From a virus (Duplodnaviria; Caudoviricetes): a stretch of DNA of 64,000 bases. The notes under the pieces are model-generated. The model worked only from the letters and a program-made list of their open reading frames with translations. It did no database searches and had not been told where the DNA came from. The stretch's first letter is position 1; each line of letters starts with the position of its first letter. Location: positions 64,001 through 128,000 of the IMG/VR virus record IMGVR_UViG_3300020375_000001, one strand, 5' to 3'. Below, in pieces: positions 38,608-47,808 of the stretch. The translations under genes and the position numbers were made by a program.

Positions 38608-39831
38608 ATGAAATTGACGATTTTAAAAATCTTCGATGCGGAAGCAGGACATCTTAAAATAGATAGCCGACTCATCAAGGACATCACTCGATATGTAGCA
38701 AGCTTCGTCAATAAGAATGACGATACCCTACAATTCCTTGGGTCACCCTTAGTAGGTGTTTATCCTTTCAGATATGCCAAGACGGATGAGAACGAGTGGT
38801 TCGATGATGTGCTTGAGATGGATGACCTTACCCTCCAAAGCAATATCCGTGAACACTTTGGTGATTCAGACAACAATCTTTCTGCCACATGGAAGATTTC
38901 TTCGAATGTCACCAACCTGTCTTTCGTGTGGTTGGCTCATAGGATTCGTAACTCTAACCTAAAAGACCGTGAAAAGACCGAAGGCGAAATGGCCTGTATG
39001 AAGATGTTACAGTATAAACTGATATCTTCTTTGGACTCTCATTTCTTCCGCTACCCTGCCAATTCTGAGGTTGCCTCTGCGGTATATGCCAGCCTCTCTA
39101 AGAAGTACTTGCTTAAAAAGTACGGCAGTTGGGCTAAGGTAATTGAAGCACGTTCTGAGGATTTACTAGGGGACGACTCTATTCATAAACGCGCCATTGA
39201 TAAAATGGATGACGATGAAGATATTGTCTACCTTATTAACGATACACAAGGTCGACATAAAGACATCTACAAGCGTGTGACCACATTGTTCTACGAGTTC
39301 CGTGAAAGTGACTCCCGCATTCAATCTATCTCAGCTACCATTGAGTTGTCTGGTGAGATGGGCGTTCGTGATAAACAGAACAACTACGGGAAGTATCGTG
39401 CGGCAGCGCATGATATAGCCTCTACGCCGTCCTCTCTGCTACGAGAGAAGGCATTGGGGGTCATTGCCTCAATTGTACATACAGCGCCACCACAGGCCGT
39501 TAAGGAGTCTCTGGAATGGTTAGCTTCTAACTACGGTGCACCTCGTACTGGTTACATCAAAGAGTTTGTTGAATTGAACATCACCCATGCGTGTGAATAC
39601 ATTCGTAAAAACGAACTTCCTTTAAGTGACCTTGCTACAATATTGGTTAGGCTTCGCGGTATCCATTTAGCGTCTCGCCAATCGGATAAAACCGTATTGG
39701 AGATTCGTGAGTTGGGTACTAAGATAACTGACCAGAGTGTACAGAGTAAAAACCAAGCGGTACATGCATCGGTACGTGCCGCGATTATTCTGTATTTGGT
39801 ATTGCGTACATTGGCTAAGGATAATTTATAA
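38608..39831 (+). CDS. Conserved phiKZ-like virion structural protein (gp32-like)
   Basis: 407 aa, helical; resemblance recalled, gene number tentative. Confidence 0.55.
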   Translation: MKLTILKIFDAEAGHLKIDSRLIKDITRYVASFVNKNDDTLQFLGSPLVGVYPFRYAKTDENEWFDDVLEMDDLTLQSNIREHFGDSDNNLSATWKISSNVTNLSFVWLAHRIRNSNLKDREKTEGEMACMKMLQYKLISSLDSHFFRYPANSEVASAVYASLSKKYLLKKYGSWAKVIEARSEDLLGDDSIHKRAIDKMDDDEDIVYLINDTQGRHKDIYKRVTTLFYEFRESDSRIQSISATIELSGEMGVRDKQNNYGKYRAAAHDIASTPSSLLREKALGVIASIVHTAPPQAVKESLEWLASNYGAPRTGYIKEFVELNITHACEYIRKNELPLSDLATILVRLRGIHLASRQSDKTVLEIRELGTKITDQSVQSKNQAVHASVRAAIILYLVLRTLAKDNL

Positions 39832-39898
39832 TGTATACAGAAAACGAGGTAATGGGTACTAAAGAAGAATCAATCTCTCCAGATTGGGACGTGTAACC

Positions 39899-39940
39899 AA
39901 AAAAAAATAAGGGAGGCCTCGGCCTCCCTGTTTATGTCGT
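39899..39940. terminator. Hairpin terminator
   Basis: GGGAGGC/GCCTCCC stem then TTTATGTCGT. Confidence 0.65.
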
Positions 39941-39986
39941 TTAAATAACATCCTATGACACTAACAACCTTTTAAGGGAGAAAGAA

Positions 39987-40247
39987 ATGGATGGTTACAT
40001 CGCACCAGAACAACTTGGGTTCTGGATGAACTATGGTGGTCTTATTGTAGACCTTAGCGTAAAAGTAGTAATTGCAATGTTCGGTCTTTGCATTTCTTAC
40101 TTTGCACTTATCTTTATTCAAAGCAGAGACAAACGTCTTGTTGAAATCAGGGAGAAATGGGATGGTACAGCTCAAGCTATTTATCGCGGTCTTACTATTG
40201 TCGGTATCTGCATTCTCATGGGGTTCATCCTTTCCGCGCCAATATGA
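39987..40247 (+). CDS. Putative holin
   Basis: 86 aa, two TM helices, directly upstream of and overlapping a lytic transglycosylase. Confidence 0.6.
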   Translation: MDGYIAPEQLGFWMNYGGLIVDLSVKVVIAMFGLCISYFALIFIQSRDKRLVEIREKWDGTAQAIYRGLTIVGICILMGFILSAPI

Positions 40248-40731
40248 CCCATACTTCAAGGCAGCAGCAAAATACCTTCCGCCTGGAATGACGTGGCAAC
40301 AACTTAAAGCTCAGTGTTATCAGGAGTCTCGTCTGAATCCTAAGGCAGTGAGTCCGGTTGGCGCACAGGGTCTGTGTCAGTTCATGCCGGGGACGTGGAA
40401 AGAAATGATGAAGTACGGGTTGAACAATCCGTGGAATCCTGCACAGTCTATTCGGGCTGCTGCCATCTACATGTCTTACCAACATCGGTTCTGGTCTAGT
40501 GAAAGACCGTGGATTGACAGAAGTATGCTAGCCACCGCTAACTATAATGCAGGTGGTGGCAACATGCTTAAGGCACAGAGAAAATGTCCGGGGAGTATCC
40601 TGTACAATGAAGTGGTAAAGTGCTTACCTGAGATTACAGGGAGGCATAGCAGGGAGACCATCGATTACGTATGGCTCATTCACTTCAAATGGTATCCAGC
40701 TATCTTAGCCGATGATGGATATAAGCCATAA
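40162..40731 (+). CDS. SLT-domain lytic transglycosylase (endolysin) with N-terminal signal peptide
   Basis: QESRLNPKAVSPVGAQGLCQFMPGTW, YNAG; ATG 40162 with GGGAG SD; MVQLKLFIAVLLLSVSAFS signal. Confidence 0.85.
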   Translation: MVQLKLFIAVLLLSVSAFSWGSSFPRQYDPYFKAAAKYLPPGMTWQQLKAQCYQESRLNPKAVSPVGAQGLCQFMPGTWKEMMKYGLNNPWNPAQSIRAAAIYMSYQHRFWSSERPWIDRSMLATANYNAGGGNMLKAQRKCPGSILYNEVVKCLPEITGRHSRETIDYVWLIHFKWYPAILADDGYKP

Positions 40732-40775
40732 CGACATAAAGCAGAGGGTCATTGCGACCCTCTTATTTTTTTGTC

Positions 40776-41006
40776 TTACCAGTTACTAAAGACCCAGAAT
40801 GGACTCATGATTATGGAAACTACTATAACGGTGAGGAGCATGTCCTTAAATATCACCCACCACTTTTCTTCATGGTGGGTATACCCGTTACAACAACCAC
40901 TGAACTCAGAAGTACATTTTCCTTGCTGGTAGTTGATGCAGGTTTTGCACCTGCTCATATCTTTGACTTGTCTGTTTACTGCTATACCACTGATGATATT
41001 ATTCAT
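40776..41006 (-). CDS. Small Cys-rich membrane protein
   Basis: CKTC..C..C CC cluster plus C-terminal TM. Confidence 0.55.
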   Translation of the reverse strand: MNNIISGIAVNRQVKDMSRCKTCINYQQGKCTSEFSGCCNGYTHHEEKWWVIFKDMLLTVIVVSIIMSPFWVFSNW

Positions 41007-41349
41007 ACTGACACATATCCATTATTATTTCTGTTTCGTCTGTTAACTCAAACTTAGGAAATAACTGGAGTATACGGTAAATGAATGCACCTGCGTCCCC
41101 ATGGTCGGTTATGTATTCCAGTACTGCTGTATCAGAACTCACGTCGACCTCATCCACTCGCCAACTATTTACCATCTGTTCACGCATGGATTCAATGCTA
41201 CCTAGGCAAGACACTGGTAATTCAGTCTTTACCGGTAACATTCTCTTTTCCCCAAACAATGGTCCAAAATACTCCTTGAACCATTCTCGTATATCGCAGG
41301 GTAGCGTATCCCATCTAATCAACACTACTTTCTTACTCACTATTCCCAT
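40999..41349 (-). CDS. Hypothetical protein
   Basis: 116 aa. Confidence 0.55.
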   Translation of the reverse strand: MGIVSKKVVLIRWDTLPCDIREWFKEYFGPLFGEKRMLPVKTELPVSCLGSIESMREQMVNSWRVDEVDVSSDTAVLEYITDHGDAGAFIYRILQLFPKFELTDETEIIMDMCQYE

Positions 41350-41633
41350 ACAAGCTAACTCCAGAGGGTTGGTAAACCTTATTATTCCTTTGTCCTTTAC
41401 CTATACCGCATGAGTAACGAATATCCTGTTAGTTACCGCTATTCATACGGCTCTTGTGACCTGTACAGCTATTACCAGTCGTGAGGGTTTTTACACAGCA
41501 ACGTTACCACTCTCCCCTCATGCAATTAAAGAGCTCGTTATTTTTTGGAACGACGGCATAAAGGGCGGATAGCCCGCCCCTTACGTGTAGCATAATTACA
41601 ATCTGTTAAGACGAGGTTTGCCCTAGTGTCTGG

Positions 41634-42380
41634 TTATGACGCGGACTTACAACCTATTCGGTCTGCTATCAGAGCAGACTCCTTTATGGTTGGCAGTTGA
41701 TAAGGCAAAACCTTTTGTAATTCCACAATAGCAATTTGAGTTGCGCAGTACATAGTACCTAACTCAATGGACTGTTCCATCAGAAACGCCACGCCACCCG
41801 AATCATCGTACACCAACTTATAGTATCCGGATGGCACGACATGATATTCATCTGCGCTGGGCAGCTTGGGCATCTCCTTACCGTAAACCGGACCTGCGAT
41901 GACATAGAATTCATGTTCGTATTGGGCTGCATACTTAACGGCGTCTTCCAATTCCCGCCACACACCTCGATTGAGGGTTTGGTTTTGTGGAACGACATTA
42001 CTCATGTAATCCAACTCATGCCGGTAGTGCGAACCATAGTGGGCTGCCGACGGCGCAAGGTGTCCCCTGTCCGCTTCCAACTCACTGGCGTTTGCACTTT
42101 TATAGTCAGATACCTCTAAGGTTTCATCACTTGGTAGGTCAGGGTCACTACGGAAAGCTCTTCCCGTTGGTGCACCATAGTTAACCGGATTAACCTCATA
42201 GGCTACCCAATTGGCAAATTTAGTTGTGGGATTGTTAGAGAGCGCGTAGACATGACGATAGATTACCGTTGAGCCTTCCGGGTTCTCAGGACATCCTTGA
42301 GGACAGTGCACTGAAATAGTCGAGGCCATTGCTGGCAAAGACATAACCAGAAACACCATTGCTGAAATAATACATTTCAC
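41634..42380 (-). CDS. Secreted DNA/RNA non-specific endonuclease (NucA/Serratia family)
   Basis: Signal peptide; DRGHLAP and SNVVPQ..LNRGVW..LE motifs intact; GGAG SD. Confidence 0.9.
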   Translation of the reverse strand: MKCIISAMVFLVMSLPAMASTISVHCPQGCPENPEGSTVIYRHVYALSNNPTTKFANWVAYEVNPVNYGAPTGRAFRSDPDLPSDETLEVSDYKSANASELEADRGHLAPSAAHYGSHYRHELDYMSNVVPQNQTLNRGVWRELEDAVKYAAQYEHEFYVIAGPVYGKEMPKLPSADEYHVVPSGYYKLVYDDSGGVAFLMEQSIELGTMYCATQIAIVELQKVLPYQLPTIKESALIADRIGCKSAS

Positions 42381-42420
42381 GATAATGCTCCTTAACTAAA
42401 TGAACGAAGTTGTTCATATA

Positions 42421-42780
42421 TTAGGCTGTATGTATCTTAGCTAAAGCAGCAGTTATTGGCCTACTGCTCTCAGGAGCTATATGGACAATAGAAAATTTAT
42501 GGGGATTCATCCTCACCCATAAGTTGTACAGGATGTCGTAGAAGTAATAATGGTGGTCACCTCTACGTTTTGCAATGTACGTTGGAGTTGGTTTACGGAA
42601 TACATACCTCAACCATTCCAAACAATCCGTTGTGGGTACTGGGAAAGCTTCGTTCTCGCCATACACAGGGATATGTACTAATGATGCAACTCCGCTGATT
42701 TCGTTTATGACGTAAACTGATTCTACTTCCGTGCTTCTTTGTTTCATGACGCACCCCCAAAAAAAAATAAGTCGATTCAT
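42421..42780 (-). CDS. Hypothetical protein
   Basis: Probable start MKQRSTE with GGGG SD. Confidence 0.55.
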   Translation of the reverse strand: MNRLIFFWGCVMKQRSTEVESVYVINEISGVASLVHIPVYGENEAFPVPTTDCLEWLRYVFRKPTPTYIAKRRGDHHYYFYDILYNLWVRMNPHKFSIVHIAPESSRPITAALAKIHTA

Positions 42781-42820
42781 AAAAAATAAAGGGAGCCGAA
42801 GCTCCCTTGTATTTATGTCA
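42779..42820. terminator. Terminator after lipoprotein gene
   Basis: AAGGGAGC/GCTCCCTT stem with T tract on the minus strand. Confidence 0.65.
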
Positions 42821-42821
42821 C

Positions 42822-44318
42822 TTATTCACCACAGGTAGACAGACTGCTTGTACCGCCAGTCCAAGTACCACACTGCTTAGTCCAAGTACCATCTGGATTG
42901 TAAGTAGTTACTTCATACACGTCTTGGTCGTTGTGCATGTGAACTTCTTGCGTCGCATTCCAGAACTCTTCAGAAGAGTAACGGTTATCAATGCGATACC
43001 AGCTGTCGGCGTCGTAGCCATAGTCATCTTCAAAGCTCAGAGAGATGTGAGACAGGGCGCTAGATAACCAGCCACCGCTTAAGTCTTGCGCATCTGCACC
43101 AATCATTGATTCAAACTTGTATACGTTCTCAGCGCCGTACGAGTGACCTGATTCAGTTTTAACAGTTTCGTTATCACTGTAGTAAGTTTTAGTCATCAGC
43201 ATTTGTGAAACATTCAGAGCCACGCGGTCCATAGTCAGACAGTTGCTCCATCCCACATTTTCCGCAGACGCAATATTCACCAGCGCATAACCAACACCGT
43301 CACCTTTCTCAGTGAAGTATTCAGAGATAGTACATTGACCATCTTCTAAGTTAGCGGCAACTTCTACTTCCAGACCACTGGCGTTAGTAGTACGTTGCTG
43401 ACGGCGATAAAGCTCCTTACCCTTTTTGTTCAGGCCTTGCTCCATGTTGTTACCGATTTCATCCCAGTTACCCGCACTCTGTTGAACGAATTCACGACGT
43501 GACCAGTTCTGACCACGAGTCGCTGACTCATCCTTAAAGTAGTATTCTACGAACGCTACACGAGAGTTAGGGTTTGCTTTTTCCAGCGCTACTGAATCGG
43601 CATAACCTTTAGTCAGGCCAGGTACCAAGCTTTTCGCCAAACCGTGCAGAGCGTTGTCCCCGCCTTTGACATAGTCAGAGTACAGGTCTTTCACTTTACG
43701 GTTGTAACGTTTAGCCACACGCTTTTCCTGCGCTTCCAGACGAGCGATTACACCCTTACGGATGGTTTCACTTTCGATAACAGATTCACAGGTAAGTTCT
43801 TCGCCGTCTTTGGCAAGTTCACGTTCAATGTGTTTCCACACAACTGAAGTCAGAGGCGTAACGTTACGCATGTCTTGTTGAGAAGTGATTGCAAACGAAG
43901 GTGGTACTGTCATGTAGTACTCTTCAGTGATTGGATTCTCAGGGTCATCCAAATCAACTGCACCTACTGGTACATGGGTTACCAGAGGAACGTACTGACC
44001 GCAGTCTTCGTGAACGTCTGGGATTTCAATTACGAAACCAGGGTTATCCGCAGTGGGCTCTGTAGTCACGGTACTTGGTTCGCCTTCATCGTATTTACCG
44101 TTGAAGTTCAAGTCCATGAAGATAGTGGCACCGACGATATAACCGTCGATTACGTTACCAGAGATTGTTACTGGCTCCTTGTCAGGAGTAGAAGTCGCCG
44201 GTGGTGGAGTTACCGCTGTTGGGGTTTCTGCCTTAGTGTCAGAACCACCGCCACCACAAGCTGTTAAAGTAAGTGCAACTGCGGCAGTCAGGATTGATTT
44301 ATTAAATAATGATTTCAT
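42822..44318 (-). CDS. Outer-membrane lipoprotein, Vibrio-like
   Basis: Lipobox LTAC followed by GGGGSD; VIDGYIVGATIFMDLNFNG Ig/EF-hand-like motif. Confidence 0.8.
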   Translation of the reverse strand: MKSLFNKSILTAAVALTLTACGGGGSDTKAETPTAVTPPPATSTPDKEPVTISGNVIDGYIVGATIFMDLNFNGKYDEGEPSTVTTEPTADNPGFVIEIPDVHEDCGQYVPLVTHVPVGAVDLDDPENPITEEYYMTVPPSFAITSQQDMRNVTPLTSVVWKHIERELAKDGEELTCESVIESETIRKGVIARLEAQEKRVAKRYNRKVKDLYSDYVKGGDNALHGLAKSLVPGLTKGYADSVALEKANPNSRVAFVEYYFKDESATRGQNWSRREFVQQSAGNWDEIGNNMEQGLNKKGKELYRRQQRTTNASGLEVEVAANLEDGQCTISEYFTEKGDGVGYALVNIASAENVGWSNCLTMDRVALNVSQMLMTKTYYSDNETVKTESGHSYGAENVYKFESMIGADAQDLSGGWLSSALSHISLSFEDDYGYDADSWYRIDNRYSSEEFWNATQEVHMHNDQDVYEVTTYNPDGTWTKQCGTWTGGTSSLSTCGE

Positions 44319-44389
44319 GTTTTCTTTTCCTTTCATGTAAAGAAATTGTTTATGGTTATAGTTAATTAAGTAACTACTTCACCTGTAGA

Positions 44390-44419
44390 ATATAGGTCTG
44401 ATGATATTTGGAATCGACT
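44390..44419 (-). promoter_or_regulatory. Putative lipoprotein-gene promoter (AGTCGATTC-N16-TATAT)
   Basis: Same element and spacing as upstream of chmA. Confidence 0.5.
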
Positions 44420-44468
44420 CTAGACGGCATAGAAGAGAGCCTGGCGGACTCTCAACTATACGAAGCTT

Positions 44469-44627
44469 TTACTTCCGATGCTGTCTGCGTTGGGTACGAT
44501 TCATGTGCCCACCACGCTCACCGCCAGAACTACTTACTGATTGACGCTTAGCCTTACGGCGACGTACCACATAAACAATCCCGCCGACAACAGCGGCAAC
44601 GATAATGAAAGGAATGTACTGTTCCAT
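44469..44627 (-). CDS. Small membrane protein (52 aa, not in ORF track)
   Basis: Hand-translated MEQYIPFIIVAAVVGGIVYVVRRRK...NRTQRRQHRK; GGAG SD. Confidence 0.65.
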   Translation of the reverse strand: MEQYIPFIIVAAVVGGIVYVVRRRKAKRQSVSSSGGERGGHMNRTQRRQHRK

Positions 44628-44687
44628 GACTTTCTACTCCAAAGTGATTTATCGTGCAAGAGGATTCAACCCTCTCATACTATCACC

Positions 44688-45137
44688 CTAGACGAACAGG
44701 TTTTTATATCCATCAAATCGCATTGAGGTAAAATCCCTACCCACAATGTAATGGTCAGTTAAAAAGATATCTAGCGGGTGAAGTACCTGCCTAATCTTTT
44801 TAGTTAACTCAATATCAAAGCGAGAAGGCATCGAGTCCTTAAAAGGATGGGAGTGCACCAAGGCCAAATTAATAGCTTTATGCTTTAGCGCAGACTCCAC
44901 GATGGGTCGACAATATGCGGTTACCTTATCCACAGTACCAAAGAACAATTCTTCATAGGCAATGACATGGTGGTTATGTCCCATGAGAATGACACCAAAG
45001 ACCTCGCGGTCATGTTGATGCATCTTGCACTCTAGGTACTTGCGAATATGCTCAGGTCCACTAAGACGCTGTCCTTGGATATTTCTATCAAAGACTATCT
45101 TAGCTGCACGTTCAAGTATCTCGTCATCCGTAAGCAT
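44688..45137 (-). CDS. radC: RadC-like JAB-domain protein
   Basis: REVFGV, ELFFGTVD, VHSHP...PSRFD, DHYIVG. Confidence 0.85.
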   Translation of the reverse strand: MLTDDEILERAAKIVFDRNIQGQRLSGPEHIRKYLECKMHQHDREVFGVILMGHNHHVIAYEELFFGTVDKVTAYCRPIVESALKHKAINLALVHSHPFKDSMPSRFDIELTKKIRQVLHPLDIFLTDHYIVGRDFTSMRFDGYKNLFV

Positions 45138-45139
45138 GG

Positions 45140-45337
45140 TTACTTCTTCTTACGGCTTGCTTTACGTGCTTTCTTCTGTACCGACCGTTTCTTTTTGGTA
45201 GCACTGCTTGCACCGGGTTTAACATACGCCTGACGCTGACTGGTGCCATATAAAGGTGAATGACTTAACCCAGCTGCAATTGCAGCCATCATAGCAGCTT
45301 GATGTGACATGTTGTGTACCCTACCTTTTGTCATCAT
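45140..45337 (-). CDS. Small basic protein
   Basis: Ala-rich N-half and K/R-rich tail. Confidence 0.55.
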   Translation of the reverse strand: MMTKGRVHNMSHQAAMMAAIAAGLSHSPLYGTSQRQAYVKPGASSATKKKRSVQKKARKASRKKK

Positions 45338-45489
45338 GGCGATAGTCCAAATCTAACGGAATGGTCTCGCCACTGGTTTTAATAATAGGTGGAAGGTCCA
45401 CCGGTTTCTTTTTCTTTTTAACTTCCCCATGTTCGGGGTGATGGTACGGGGAACTATGTCCCCGCCCATACAAGTTGTTTATTGACATA

Positions 45490-46695
45490 TTACTTTTCCA
45501 AGTCCCGTAGCCATCCAGTGAAGAAATCGCTCAAGGGTTTCTCCGGTGTTTCGGTAAACTTAAACGTTAGTTCCTTCTTATCCATCAGGTCAGCAACTAC
45601 AACATCTTGCTGGTCATGGACACTGGCTAACATGCCACCTATGGCAAATTGTCCAAGGACCGTTTCGCTGGGATAATCTACAAGAGTGGTTACCACTGGT
45701 ATATCACCTGGGATGTCGACCAATGATGTATCGGTGAATGGAAAGTGGTCCATATGAAACATGGGTGTGGTGTGACCACGTCCAATGTCGGGGTTTAAAG
45801 GTTGAGGAGTCTCAGTTGTAAAACAACCGTCGCGATTAATAACCTGATTACCGTACACCCCGTGAAGTTGAAGCTTTTTAGGCTTTAACTTTTTGGTTTC
45901 AGGGTCAAACTCAACCGGTTCAACGTGTTTCCAATCGGTAGGGGTATTACGTCCTTCCATACCAAACATCTCAGCGTTACGTTCAGCACGATAAGCATTG
46001 GATTCTTCTTCAGTATCGCTAAAGCAACGCCAAGAGTTACCCAAGTCTTCAAATGTACAAAGCTTAACGGCAAGGACATCATACTCGCTAATTTGCACAC
46101 CTTCTTCGGAATGGAATGCATCGGCATTGGGATAACAGCACTTGTGAATAGTCCCATCCTTCAACATGACATCATACGTGTCTTTAAATCGCCATGAATT
46201 GTAGGCAACCCAAACACCAAAATCATCAGGACGGTGTGTCCAGTGAGTGTAATCTTCTTTACCTTCAGGTGACCACTCTATTCCCAGCTGGGTTATGTCG
46301 CCAGACTCTATAGGAGGCTTAGGACGCTCGTAAGAGATGTTAGGGTCGGTCATTACACCCGTTTCAATCTTAAGCTTGTCAGACGCCTCTCTGTCCGCCT
46401 GAGACTGTGCTTCATTTTTCCACAGTTTGATTTCACTGATACGGTTAGCCAGTTTAGCGTAGTCGCCAACTCCCAACATGTCATCGGTGGCAATATCAAC
46501 CGCCTTATGGGACTGTAGTCGTTTACGGCTAGACCATGGGCCATAGTGTAGACAACCACCACAAAACCAATGGTTCTTTGGTAACATCATGTAATCGGTT
46601 TTACCCTGAAGACTCATGCCTTTTCGAGTATTGAAGATAGCAGGGTTGTCACAAGCCGGACAAAGACTAATTATTTTTCCACCTTTACTAAGCAT
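45490..46695 (-). CDS. Hypothetical protein with N-terminal zinc ribbon
   Basis: CPAC...CGGC; 401 aa. Confidence 0.65.
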   Translation of the reverse strand: MLSKGGKIISLCPACDNPAIFNTRKGMSLQGKTDYMMLPKNHWFCGGCLHYGPWSSRKRLQSHKAVDIATDDMLGVGDYAKLANRISEIKLWKNEAQSQADREASDKLKIETGVMTDPNISYERPKPPIESGDITQLGIEWSPEGKEDYTHWTHRPDDFGVWVAYNSWRFKDTYDVMLKDGTIHKCCYPNADAFHSEEGVQISEYDVLAVKLCTFEDLGNSWRCFSDTEEESNAYRAERNAEMFGMEGRNTPTDWKHVEPVEFDPETKKLKPKKLQLHGVYGNQVINRDGCFTTETPQPLNPDIGRGHTTPMFHMDHFPFTDTSLVDIPGDIPVVTTLVDYPSETVLGQFAIGGMLASVHDQQDVVVADLMDKKELTFKFTETPEKPLSDFFTGWLRDLEK

Positions 46696-47230
46696 ACGTT
46701 ACTCCTTTTAAGTCAATCAACTGAACCTTGTGGTCAGCAAAACACGTTGCATAACTCCACTCGTCTATATCTAACGATGTGGCCAGTACGAATTGGGGGA
46801 TACCCTCCAAACCACCGTTACGACTAATCCACTCCAAATATTGGTAGATGTCTTCGCGATAAAAGTAGTCGTCTACGATGACGATATCGTAGTCTTTGAA
46901 GTTTTCCGGTAACTCCCCAGCAGCGAACCCTATAGGGTTTTTAAAGGAACCCCAGCTCACAACCTTACCCTTTTCTATTTCTTTTGTTGCGGCTTCGTTG
47001 TTGCCAAGGTACAACACTTTCTTACCCATATGTTTGGCCATAAAAGTTGCACCCAACATTACAGCAGTGGTAGTACCTTCCTGTCTACCCATAACTACAG
47101 CGAGGTGTTTACCCCGTGTCATCATCTTAGCGATGGTAACTTGCTCAGGTTTAGGGAACTGCTCCATTATAAGGTGGGAGTATTTAATGGGGTGTGCACC
47201 TAAAACCTCATCGATACTTTTAAAAGACAT
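46688..47230 (-). CDS. Terminase/helicase-like P-loop domain protein, degenerate
   Basis: VMGRQEGTT (Walker A with K to T) and VIVDD (Walker B). Confidence 0.5.
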   Translation of the reverse strand: MSFKSIDEVLGAHPIKYSHLIMEQFPKPEQVTIAKMMTRGKHLAVVMGRQEGTTTAVMLGATFMAKHMGKKVLYLGNNEAATKEIEKGKVVSWGSFKNPIGFAAGELPENFKDYDIVIVDDYFYREDIYQYLEWISRNGGLEGIPQFVLATSLDIDEWSYATCFADHKVQLIDLKGVTYA

Positions 47231-47242
47231 CTTCGTTTCCTT

Positions 47243-47797
47243 CTACCACACGTTACCTGCTGCATATACTGCCTTGGTGACAATACTAGTCGGGTCGCAG
47301 TAATCGGTATCGTGGTTTATAATTTTAACGTAAGGGTTTAGTGCTTGTTGGTACTCCCCAGCAAATACTATTTCCCTGCTACGTATCGAGTAGTGAATTT
47401 CACGCAAAGCGTAATACGGCATGGAGGCAAACACTTGGTTATATAAATGTTCAATTCCATACCAAAGTTTGTTTGTACAGTCTTCCGCTCTATCGCCCTG
47501 TAGGAAAGAGATTGCCTTATACTGCACATAACTCCACCCACCAAAATCATTCACCACATTTCCCATGGCGTCGCGAACTGCCAATGCTTTTCGCAGGCAC
47601 ATCTCAACAAGGGTACACATGACTTCATCTTCTAGTCGGTTAACAGTAATGTCGTTTGCATATATACTCGGCAGAAAAGAAAGTGTCGCAACGACAATCG
47701 ATTTGCCGTTGGACATTTTCTCAATCTCTTCCATAGTACCTATTGCTAACGTCATTGAAGGGTCAATAACTTTGACCCGACAGTTCCGTATTCTCAT
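47243..47797 (-). CDS. Hypothetical protein
   Basis: 184 aa. Confidence 0.65.
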   Translation of the reverse strand: MRIRNCRVKVIDPSMTLAIGTMEEIEKMSNGKSIVVATLSFLPSIYANDITVNRLEDEVMCTLVEMCLRKALAVRDAMGNVVNDFGGWSYVQYKAISFLQGDRAEDCTNKLWYGIEHLYNQVFASMPYYALREIHYSIRSREIVFAGEYQQALNPYVKIINHDTDYCDPTSIVTKAVYAAGNVW

Positions 47798-47808
47798 AGG
47801 TTTTCCTG

